From Psilocybe cubensis (Eukaryota), in assembly GCA_017499595.2 (NCBI GenBank), contig CM038999.1, positions 2,356,001-2,420,000 on the forward strand: a stretch of DNA of 64,000 nt. Reading direction: 5' to 3'. The translations under genes were made by a program, and so were the position numbers. The notes beneath the pieces were generated by a model. The model was not told the DNA's origin. It saw only the letters and a list, made by a program, of their open reading frames with translations, and did not search any database. The stretch's first letter is position 1. Every line of letters begins with the position of its first letter. This document shows positions 25,700 through 36,740 of this stretch, piece after piece.

Positions 25700-28200
25700 G
25701 GCACGGTGACCGGGCCGCAGATCCAGTGAGTGTGTTCCGCACCCGCGGCGGGCCTCCTGCCACCGCTGCTGACAAGTATTAAATGAATAAATTCCGGCGC
25801 CTGTTAAATTTTAGGTACATATGCATCCCCTCCCAAACACATCCCAATCGCCGACCCTCCCCATATGCATCCATGCAATGACGCTCCTGCTATTATGTCC
25901 ATATGCACCGACACAAAATATCATCCATCAATGTTCATCCTTCTCTTTTCTGTCCACGAGCGAATCCATCGGACAACTTCTCCACACGGTCAGGCGCTTC
26001 CCTCCCCAATCCCACTGCGCAGTTCTTCGGCCATCGGTGGGAGACCTGGACGAGCGCGTCTCGACATTGACAGCTCATTTTCAGATCATGGGACCTGCGC
26101 GGCTTAATGCAGTTCCTCTCTACGCGCTGGGATCATCTAGTTCTATTCGTGCTAGTCTCATGCCGACGCTAATCTACTTGTAGACTTGCAGTCCAGACGC
26201 TGCAGTAGCTGTCCTTACTCGAGTAATTCTCCCGACTACTCTAATACAAGTCTATTCGCTTGCGAGTGGCGCAGGGACTCCCCCTTCGTCCCGGCAAATG
26301 CGACTGTTGCCTTGTCCCTGCCAACCTTAGCGATGAACCCGGACTGGTTGTATACGCCGCCTGGCCCTCCAACTCCCCCACATTTGATTCGCTGATTGTT
26401 CACCTCTTGCATATCCTATCAACTGCTCCGGCCCTGATCAGTGGATCAGTGATTGTATTATGCGCACGCGCATACGTATGCGTTAATTAAGCTCGAAATA
26501 AGCAGAGAAAGGAACAACAACTGGCCAGGCGCGCAAGGCAGTACCCGCGCATCTCGTCTCTTTGCTTTGTCGAATATATTCATTCCCATCACCGTCGCTA
26601 CTGGATCCATGACCACTTGGAGTAAATTTTCATCAGATTCGGCGCGAGCTTTGTCTGTCCCTTGTTTTGTCGCCTTCATTTATATCAACCCGGCATCCAT
26701 CCGGAAGCCCAGAGAAAAGGAAAGGCTAGGCATTCTTCATTGCTCCTACATTCATTCACAATCAAAAGCACTGATTAAACTCAAGTGGCGTTCTGGCACT
26801 GGCACAAGGCCAGTGCAAGGTTATGTGATGATGTATGTCTGCCGCACGAGACTGGGCTGTATTTTTTAATTCCCGGACGACTTCCTTGACATATAACAAT
26901 GTGCACCGCGTATCCACCTGCTGGAGTCTCATCGCCATTTAACTGACCGATGCCGAAATGCGGGGCGTCTGATTCCTTTAAGTTCGTTGTTGGCAATTCA
27001 AGTCACACTTCACAGCGTCCATAAATAGCTCCCACTGAACCCGCCCTGTGCTTCCACAGGGCGGAAAACATAGTGCTTACGTTTGTACTAAAAACAAATC
27101 CAGTGATGCATAGCACAATATACCCGAAAAGAAATCCTTTTCTTACAGCAACTTATTTATAGAACGGACCTTGCAATGTGTGAACAGTCTCCTTGTTAGT
27201 GCTTCACGCTCACACAGAGAGACACACACCACAGTGCTTTGGGCTGCAACTTCTATGCTTGGCATAGTCGTACGACGTATCTGTCAAACGAGTTACTAGT
27301 TGGCTAACTAAAGCCCTTTCTTCAAGTTTCCAAAGCAATAGATCACCCCGTCGTCCCGTGCCCATTTGTCTACATATTCACTCGCTCCTCAGCCAGTGTG
27401 ACGTTAACGCGGAGCGACAGAGGCAGGCTGACCTGACACCCCCTCTACATCCATTCTAAAACAACTTTCTCGACTTTGGAATAGAACATTCATTAGGAGC
27501 GGGTTAAATCGGCCCTCAATTTAAACCCTCTGGCTCACCCCGCCCGCTTCTCAATGACCTACCTCAGGTCTATCCACACCTGCTTCTTCACCTTGCCTGA
27601 CAGCTTCCAGAACCTATGGCTGGCTTAAACTGTCTGTCTCAAAGCTGCCGCGATTCCGAAGGAACAAGACCATCCGCGAAGCTTCTATGTCGCTTTCATT
27701 CCAAATACTTATAACGAATTGGTCTTGTGCGTTCCCTTCGTGCCAACAAGCTGTTTTTTAAGTATGCCCTTTGTTCAGCCTAAACAATAGACCGGTTCGT
27801 TTCAAGAAGCGGCTGGTAGTATGGGTATACTGGATCTAGCATGTTTGTTTATTGACACCAGAAAGGCATTAACTATTTGGTATAGTTCTCACTTAACGCA
27901 ACACCGCACGCTCTCATTCCCACCAGAATATTTGCAAATTCCGCCATTAGGACCCCAGAAGGACGTCAAATCCTTAAGTCTATGCTTGTTGATCGTCATG
28001 GTGTCTCCCTTGGATCGACACTTTGTGAACTAGCACGGCCTAATAAAGTAAGATCAAGTCCTCGATTTACTTGTTTCTCTGTCCTAAACACACAATGTGG
28101 TTTCGCGTGAGTATACAGTCACAACAATCTTGTTTTTTACATCAAGCGCCCGAAAAAACTCTACTTATCTAACAAATAGATTCCGATAAATCGACTGGTA
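25700..28200 (+). ncRNA. Candidate large structured non-coding RNA (identity unknown)
   Basis: No recognisable protein. Many short-loop and nested stems, with G-U pairs favouring the + strand (details in findings). Intron-like GT..CTRAC..AG signals near both ends. Confidence 0.35.
27041..27064. repeat. Perfect 10-bp inverted repeat (hairpin)
   Basis: CCGCCCTGTG-cttc-CACAGGGCGG. Confidence 0.9.
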
Positions 28201-28259
28201 AAACTAAACGCCTATAATGTTACCGATAGTTGTGTTATAAAATGTGGTTAGTGGCAAAA

Positions 28260-30688
28260 TCAATATCCAGCTGCAATTCCATTCTTCCGGGAGTCGCTAG
28301 CGGCTATAAGCAAGAAAAATTTCACCAAGTTCAAAACCCGCATCTAAAAATAGCACGGAAAGATAACATACCGGAGATACCATCCTTATCATGCATCACA
28401 GCTTGTATAACGGCAGCGACTCGATTGACGTCAGCCACTACGTACGCATGCGAAATAGCAGTCAGTACGAAAGAGCCTTGGAATTGATTTTTTCAGAGAC
28501 ACAACCTGTCACATTATGTCCACGCTGCACAAGATCTTCGAGGATATCCGTTGGATAGACGTCGTCTGCCTCAACGAAGAGGGGATATAGTTGATCGTGA
28601 AGCCTTCCAAATTCAATCGCTTGGCTGATATCAAGTCCCCAACCGAGATTAAGGATCACCTGGAAAACGGAAGGGAATATCTTCGAGCCCCCAGAGCCTC
28701 CAATAGCAAGGTAAAATGAACCATCAGCGTGTTCAATGATTGTCGGCACCGTCGAGGAAAGTGGACGTTTCCCGGGTTCTGGATAATTAACTACAACACA
28801 TCGAATTCAATTAGCTTGTCTCGTACTGCCTCCGTATTAAACTTACAAGGCGAAGGCCACAGTCCAAATCCATTGGGTCGACCCGGAGTGGAAAAATCAT
28901 CCATTTCGTCATTTAAGATTATTCCTGTCTCAGGATCCAGAACCCGGGAACCAAAGACCTGATTGACAGTTGAAGTCAAAGAAACTGCCATACCATTCTT
29001 GTCGACTACTGATGTATGACTCTTGTTTCCCCGAGCTCAGCCTTTGAAATATGGAAAGACACAGATAACGTTTCTTACCGTCCCATGGTCCACCTTGATA
29101 TCAAATTCTGGATTGTAATACTCGGGTGGATGTGTGCAGTCCTACAAGCAAAAGATAAGTAAACGGCCAGTGAGTTAAATGAACTTGTCTCTCTCTCACA
29201 TCAGTGATATTCCTAAAGATCATATCCGCGTAGACCTTCGTTGATAATTCGTTGATTCGTGCGGTGTTGTTACCAAATCGAGGGTCACAGACTTTGGTGC
29301 TAGACTGTTTGTAAGCGCTTACTGCAAATCAAAGGTATTAAACCAAGATATAGGTTTACCGAGCGGCGAATCCAAATTTTATGATTTCCAACAACCTGTG
29401 GATATTGAGGCCATCTCTTTCTCTCATTTCATACTTTTCCACTAGGTTCAGCATGTGTAAAAGTACTGACAGCTCGGGTCAGTACGTACGGTCATGCCTG
29501 GAATCTGGTTAGATAGCCTACCGGGACCTGAAGTTGGAGCATGCGTGGTATAAACCTTCTTATCGCGATAAGTTCCTTCTAATGCACGTTCGACTTTGAC
29601 GGAATAATGTTCTAAATCTGAATGCGAGATAATCCCTCCTTCCAGCTGTGCCTTACGCACGATAGAGTCCGCAATTGGACCCTGTCAAATGAAGGATAGC
29701 GTTATAATAATTTGGCCCAACGAATATACTGCGTAACACACTGTGTAAAATCCGCGGGCGCCTTCTTTAGATATCTTTTGTAATGTGCGAGAAAGATTGG
29801 TGCGGCGAATTGTTTCGCCCAACTTTAGTAGCACTCCCTTAGGAGCGAAGACCGCACTCCAATCTGGGTTATTTAGCATAAGGTCGGCAAACCACTGTGC
29901 CTGTGTTATCAATCCGAGTATAAGAAAGATGGCTGACTCTTACAGGAATTCTGCGCGCTAGTTCTCTGTCCACTTCCCAGCCATTGGCAAGATTTATGCT
30001 TGGCGCAACCAAACGCTTCCACGGCATTGTCCCCCAGCGGCGGTGAGCTTCCTCGAGCCCAAGAACTTCTCCAGGGATTCCCACAGACAATCCTCCAAAT
30101 TGTGAGGCTTTCGGGTTCGATACATACATAGTGCTATTTGATAAAGCCGGTGCAGTTTCCCGGAAATCAATTGTATATACTTCTGAACGCGAAGAAGCAT
30201 TGTTCGGAGGAATGCGAACGGTCATAAATCCTCCGCCACCAATTCCTGACCTGTGAACACCCTCAATTAGGCGAAGATAAAGCACAGAATATGACTCACG
30301 AGAACATGTTCACGACTCCAGTGCAGAAAGTTGCCGCAATAGCAGCGTCAACGGCATTTCCACCCTCCTTCAACACGTCGACCCCTATATCAGAACACCT
30401 CTGATTCTCGGACGCGACTGCCCCGTGATCCGCACGGATGAGATACGCAGGGTTCCTGATTTGCGCTGAAGGTGGTGAGTCGAAACGAAGTACGGCAAGG
30501 AGAACGTGACGGTGAACGATGGTGAGCACGAACACGAAAACAAGAGTCGCATTGGTGAGGAATTTGGTTAGCAACGCAAGTCGCGAACGGCGCCTAGTCA
30601 ATCGCAAGGGTTTAGTGGAACAATTCAAGGGCAGATTTTCAAACTTGGTGGGACCACCGTCTAAAGGCAGCGCCTCAGAAACCCCCAT
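28260..30688 (-). CDS. ggt: Gamma-glutamyltranspeptidase (glutathione hydrolase), type II membrane-anchored
   Basis: N-terminal TM anchor; '[15 protein letters not shown]...[10 protein letters not shown]', 'SGIGGGGFM', 'IDFRETAP'; autocleavage region 'HGT/SHTSVVD'; '[10 protein letters not shown]', 'PGKRPLSS', 'GGSGGSKI'; ends '[12 protein letters not shown]'. Confidence 0.93.
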
Positions 30689-30847
30689 AGCGATTAGGTG
30701 AATGGTGGGAGATGGGAAACACAGGCGAACATAACGGCAGCGGCAGCGATGATAAGACATGATGCCGCCACTCGCATTACTAACGGATAACGGGCCGCTG
30801 CATATTTAGCACACAATTGGCAGTGAGGCACTTACGCCCTTACCACC

Positions 30848-32738
30848 ATGACCTCTGATCGTCAAGGCCCGCGTTCTGTGATATCGAACCATTCGTATGC
30901 TGTGTGATTTATGCTAATGTATTCTCCCATATAATGCCCCCATAAAAGCCGTCATTCTTTAGGTATCATGATTCTTACTTTCTCTTGGGCTAATTTGTCA
31001 CTCACAGAAATACACAGATCAAGAACAACAGTCCAAGCGTCGAAAAACCAACAGCAATGCTCGATTCGATAGAATGATAGAGACTATGTCCGTCGTTCAC
31101 GCTCACGACAGGTTCTCAAAAAGTCCAGGGTCCACAAACAGCAGATACGACAAGAAAGGACGACGCGTCCTGACACGAGATACATACTCTCCTCCTGTAC
31201 CAAGCACCCTTGGACACGATCTTTCCTTCATCAAAATGAATAAAACCCCAGCTGGACACGGCGCATCCGATGACGATTTCCCTTGTAGTGAAAGTTCTAA
31301 TTTAAAGGTTACTCCATCTCATTCTTAGCTTTCTTAACTTGACTTTTCAGAAACACAAGTCCTCTGCACGTCGCAGAACTTGTAACCCACTGCCAACATG
31401 GCTTGCTAATACTTTTATGTCGCTTTCTCGGAAGCATCCCTTGCGTCTTTTACTCCCTCCAGCTATCCAATCTGCCGTGAACAGGACCCCTGCCAACGAG
31501 ACTAACAGTGATTTTGCTCAATTTGTAGAACTGGATTCAGGAGACATTGTTGCACATAACAAACCTACTTTGATATTAGACGCTAGTCAAGAACCTATTG
31601 GACAAGTCATACCAAATCTTCAATCTTTGTTACCCGTCGATACAAACGTTGGAGATCATACCAAGTTCATTACTCCCCTTTCCGAGAACGTTCCGTTTTC
31701 CACACCTGGCCCCGGTCACCATTCTGTTCTGGGCTCGTCGACGGAATCAACGCTTACGGTTCTGAGGTCACCGCCAAGGACCCCCTCTTCTTCTACCATC
31801 TACGAAGACTCACGTTCGGGTCTGGAACTACGGCGCGTTGAGCCGCATACATTTTGCAATTCCTCAGATCCCGGGCGCCTTATGAATGATCTTCTTCAAA
31901 ACGATTGCAATGTCGAGCCGGACTCACTAGCACCTGACCTTGTTGATGATTATCTTTTTTTGGGGATATATGCAACTCCAGGGCCTGGATACTACTCGTC
32001 TCGCTCCCTGTATTATGATTCCCCTACGGAGGATCCTCTGGTGTCCACTTCAGGAGATAGCTTCGGAGTACCCTGTGACGAACTTGACTTCCGATGGCAG
32101 CCTTTCGACCGAACCAACCTTGTTGCGCATAATGTATCCACACGCGTAGCCTTTGCATATGATCCTGGTGAAAGCATTGAATATATTCACGGTGACCGAC
32201 TTCGTCGACAAGATCCTTCCGCGTTATTACAAGGCTTGGAGCATCCGCTTACGCCAGCTGCAAAGAGCCATTCGCGGGCAGCAACTGAGTCGCCTTGTCC
32301 TTTCCGATTCCTGCCTCCAGAGTGTGATCCTAAAGCAGCAGCAGCGAATTTGGTCCCTGAGAGCCAGGAACCTACGGCCAATAATATAATACCCCCACTA
32401 GCATCGTTTTCCTCTTCTTCACATGCTCCTGGTATCATGCCGCAGGCTAAACTGCTCCATCCAGCGACACCATTACCAGGGCTCAATATAACTGGAAGGA
32501 GAACCAATGAGATGGCCTTCCGGGTTTGTTGTCTCGCCATAGCAAGTTGTTGTGATTTGTATCCATCTACTTACCTGCTTTGATTCAGAGATCACCCAGC
32601 CCTTTTAAACTCACTGGGACGGCAGGGCTGACCAATCTTCCGATATATGCGATTAGAGGCGTCGAACGCAATACCAACGGTGATGACAATGTCGTACATT
32701 CACAGATGTCCAACGACAGTATTGAATCTTGGGACTAA
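30848..32738 (+). CDS. Hypothetical S/P/T-rich protein (no family recognised); start approximate
   Basis: 414-aa ORF 31339..32583 plus an upstream exon frame (31074 ORF) and canonical introns; repeated [FY][SA]TPGP motifs; terminal exon 'SNDSIESWD*'. Confidence 0.6.
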
Positions 32739-32902
32739 CCCACAAAACAATATGATTTAGGCATGATTAGGGGACAATAAAAAATAGATAGTAACATGTA
32801 CTGGTTATAGATGTACACTGAATAACAAATGATGAGTGGGTATATGGTCTATAGCAATGCGACGATAGCAAAAATATCTAAATGTATGTGCAGTTGTGGT
32901 GA

Positions 32903-33673
32903 TCACCATCCCACCTCTCCTCCTTCATAAATATGAACAGTCACATTTGAGCTTCCTTTGAGCTTCTGGAGACGATATCGCTCCAACGTGTAGATTTCAT
33001 ATGCTTGAGCGGCTAAGCGCATTGCTTTGATGTGGTGTGGTTGAGAGTTGGCAGCAGTGGCGTGTTTCCGACTTTGCCAAATACACGTCGCGAGGTTCAT
33101 CCCTGTAACCTCATTGGGAACACCATACCAGTACAGAATCAACTAGATATATATTAGATGATAAGTTGAGAGATTTAGGAGCGTTCCGGATGGTTACTTA
33201 CCCCTCCATTTCTGATAGCTTCCTCGTGGGCATGCTTGTCGGCGTCATAAAGTGCTACGGTTATCAAGTGAGGAATGTGTTATCTCTGCATGACATTAAA
33301 TCTCACATATGTCGTCCCGACCTGGTTTCCGTTTGCTACGGAAAACAACACAATACCATTCCCGCTCCTCTTCCTCTGGCAACACTAATTCTGACCAATT
33401 GAATGCGTCGGCATAAGGTACGCTGGCATAATCGGTTGTCAAAGGCTTAAAGTGATGAAGGGCCTTGTGAAGGGAGAGCGAAGCAGGGTCTATGTCAGGT
33501 AAGCGAGTGTGTGTCTTTAGAGGAGGATATTGGGGGTCTAACGGGGGTTGGTGATGAAGTAGATGCTCTGGAAGTGAGGAAAGCAGAGGGGGGAGATATA
33601 ACTTTGGTGCGGTAAGATTGGGACCCGACTCGAAATTTGGCAGAGCATGGGGGTCCTCCTGAGTGCTCATCAT
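32903..33673 (-). CDS. UPF0643-like conserved fungal protein
   Basis: 'RLPDIDPASLSLHKALHHF...YADAFNW...WYCVVFRSKRK', 'LYDADKHAHEEA', 'LYWYGVP...NLATCIWQSR.HA...PHH'. Confidence 0.7.
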
Positions 33674-34248
33674 GATATTTTGCAAGATACTGTAGGCAAC
33701 ACAGTGTTATGGGTGAAAGTTGACTCAAAGGAGATCTCGGCGGGACACACGCGTCGCAACAGGGAAAAGAAAAGAGGAGACGGAGACAGGCAAAGGAAAT
33801 ACTTGCATGACGGAAAGCGGGATGGTATATAAGCAAAACAAAGGAAAGCTAAGGCCGATCGGTTGGTCAATTTTATCGACACTGGGGGTGACAATGGCGA
33901 CATGCGGCTTGAGGGATTCGCGATTTGTGTGTTATCGGCCACTGGTCGAAGCATTGGCAACTCGGCACAACAGACAGAAACGCAAAACCTTAGCTGGCGC
34001 GCTGTCAAGCATCGCACACACTTACACATAAAGACAACAAGGTTTTGTTATCCAAGTCATTGATTGGCTCGGCATACAAGATAAGACGTCAGAGGAAGCG
34101 CCCTATGTAAACCTGTGGGAGAATCCTGTAACGGAGGAAGACAAATAGCGCATTCGGAAGCAAGAAGCGCCTAAGCCACATTGCGTCACGCTCATCCATT
34201 GGTCACAGGAACGGCGGCGGCTCGCTACGCTCAACACGTCCAGACTCC

Positions 34249-34929
34249 ATGGCCTCCAAGAAAGCTGCAGAGTCAACTCTGTACCATTTGAGCCCAAAGG
34301 GCTTTTGGAAGAAATTCCGTTCGTTCTAAAATCCCTGTTCTCGTCTTATTTGTAGCTGAATCAACAATCTACAGGCGAGGTCGTCGCCGTCAACCCAGAA
34401 ATTTCCTCCGGTCTTCCCAGCGCCTCTCTCCATCGTTATCCTCCCCCGGCCTCCAGACCAGAGCAGTACTCGACGCCCGCTGGCAAGGGTGTGTGCAACC
34501 CCCATACCTGTTCTGCCTTTACTGACCCAGGTCCAGCGTCTGACCCTGCACAGAACCCGTACTGGAAACGCGATGTCAGGCGGGCGTACCCGCAGCTCTC
34601 CGTCATCACCCAGTCGGACCTCTCTACGCTGTTGATTGAGCATTCGAGTGCACCCGCGTACGTCTCTTGCATAATCAAGTGCTGTTTAGACCAATTGATA
34701 GCTCGTTTGCAGTGTCGCCGCCCCTGCTGAAGGTGCGGGTGTGCCCGCCGCCAAACCTGTAGTCGATCTTGCAGAGGCCATTACTGCCATTACTTCCACT
34801 GCAAAGGTCTATTCTGAAGCCAAGCTTCCCCCTTCCCTTCCCGTTCCACATAAACGATGGGTGCCCAAGCTTTCCCCGCCTCCTCCCCACCCCGAGCATA
34901 CGTACTTCCCTATGTCACTATACCGGTAG
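34249..34929 (+). CDS. Mitochondrial complex I 21.3-kDa accessory subunit (NUZM/NDUFA7-like)
   Basis: Spliced product 'MASKKAAESTLYHLSPKGFWKKF..AVNPEISSGLP..RYPPPASRPEQY..ASDPAQNPYWKRDVRRAYPQLSV'. Confidence 0.8.
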
Positions 34930-35083
34930 ATACATAGATACCAACCATGTAGAGAGATTGACTTTGTGTTGAATTAAATCGCAATCCAAGTATCGCTTTC
35001 CTGCGGACATCTTCACTTCCGTGACTTTGTCTTGAACCACAAGTCCACAACGGAGATTTGCAAACAAACGTACACATCAATTC

Positions 35084-36641
35084 ATGTCTGCACCACCACC
35101 ATCTCTTGCCGCGGGCGCATCTGCAGAGGTTCAGGCGGCAGCTTTCGCCGATGATCCACGGTATGCTTGCTTTCCGTGACTCTATCTTCTCTCGCGAAAC
35201 GCCCTTGCCTCAAAACATGAGCGCATTGTATTCAACCGTGACCTAATTTGGACAGGATCTACTTTTCTAAAACAGCCAATACATGGCGCTTTGAGCAAGA
35301 CGATGGTACAGAATTGGAGTTTGACGCCGGAAAGAACGCTTGGGTACCTTTGGTGAGTTGATATGCACTGCACACAAAGACGTTCAGGTGTCTCATACTT
35401 CGTATTTAGGTGGACGACGAGGCCATATCTCGCCAACAGGCAGCATATTCGGTAGCTGGTGTGGATGAAGAGGTACATTGCACCCTTTCCTACCCCGTAA
35501 CTGTCTTTAAACCGGTATACCTCCTTGTAGACGCCCGCAGCGCCGGTGCTGAAGAGAAATAAAAAGCGCAAGGCCGAAGAGGATTATACATCCGCAAATC
35601 CATCCAACTCAGCCGCGATCTCCATCAAGCGAGGCAAGAACGACAAGAAAGATATGCCCGCAACGGAACGAAAGTCAAAAAATACTGCCGTATATGTTAC
35701 CGGGCTCCCCCCCGACACTGAACAAGATGAGATAGTCGAAGTTTTCTCTAAATGTGGCGTTATCGAAGAAGACGAGGACGGCGAACCCAAGGTTAAGATG
35801 TACGCTAGAGAAGATGGATCGTTTAGTGGAGAGGCGCTTGTCGTCTATTTCAAAGAGGATTCTGTCACTCTCGCTTTGACAATTCTGGACGATTCTGAAC
35901 TGAGACTCGGACAACCACACACTGTTATTAAGGTCACCAAAGCTGATTTCGCGCATAAGACAGCAGCTCCAGGGCAGGAACACAAGCCTAGGAAGACAGT
36001 GGATAAGAAGAAAATAACTAAACGCCTAGGTAAAATGCAGAGGTATGTACATGCCACATCCTCAGTGACTGCAATTAATACTTTAATAGGAAGATTGATG
36101 AGTGGGGTGACGACGACGGTTTTGGACCAATGCCTGATCCCGTTGAAGACACTGCTACCTCGGCAAAGAGTCGAGTTGTTGTTTTGAAGCATATGTTTTC
36201 ACCCAAGGACATAGAAGAAGATGCCTCGCTGCTACTTGACCTGAAGGAAGACGTCCGAGAGGAATGTTCTTCCCTCGGAGAAGTGACGAATGTTGTTCTT
36301 TATGACGTATGGTTTCTTCATATCGGTTATGAGCCCTACTTATTTCATCAAATTAGCTTGAAAAGGAGGGGATAATGACGGTCAAATTCAGAGATCCCAT
36401 CGCTGCGCAGGCATGCGTTTTGGTGCGTCGTTCTAACAACGCAAAAACCGTGAAATTGACACAATTATAGAAAATGGACGGTCGTTACTTCGACAAACGA
36501 CGTATTGAGGCATCCTTATTCTCAGGGAGGCAACGATTCAAACGCAGTGGCGCGGGAGAAGATCTCGGCGGCGACAGTGAAGAGGCGGAGAAGAAACGTC
36601 TGGATGACTTTGCGCAGTGGTTACTGACGGAAGGAGACTAA
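35084..36641 (+). CDS. CUS2: U2 snRNP-associated splicing factor Cus2/Uap2/Tat-SF1 (RRM + UHM)
   Basis: RRM 'NTAVYVTGLPPD...FSKCGVIEED...VKMY...FSGEALVVYFKEDSVTLA'; UHM 'VVVLKHMF...DLKEDVREECSSLGEVTNVVLYD...MDGRYFDKRRI'. Confidence 0.88.
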
Positions 36642-36740
36642 TCCCCATGTCACTATTTTGTTTCTTTTGTATATTTCATGTTCAAGTATTACGAGCATCT
36701 CAAACTATATCCAACCATATGCAAGGAAATTAAATACACA

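Noticed and set aside
26940-26970. CTGACCGA...GAAA resembling a hammerhead ribozyme core
   Set aside because: Does not match CUGANGA, and stems I-III cannot be formed.
27041-27075. GC-rich hairpin followed by 'aaaacatagt', resembling a Helitron 3' end
   Set aside because: The terminus is CATAG, not CTRR, and there is no Rep/helicase remnant or second copy in the window. It is better treated as part of the structured locus.
25700-28200. RNase P/MRP, SRP or spliceosomal snRNA identity for the structured locus
   Set aside because: I could not find their conserved signature motifs by eye. An Infernal search is needed to exclude them formally.
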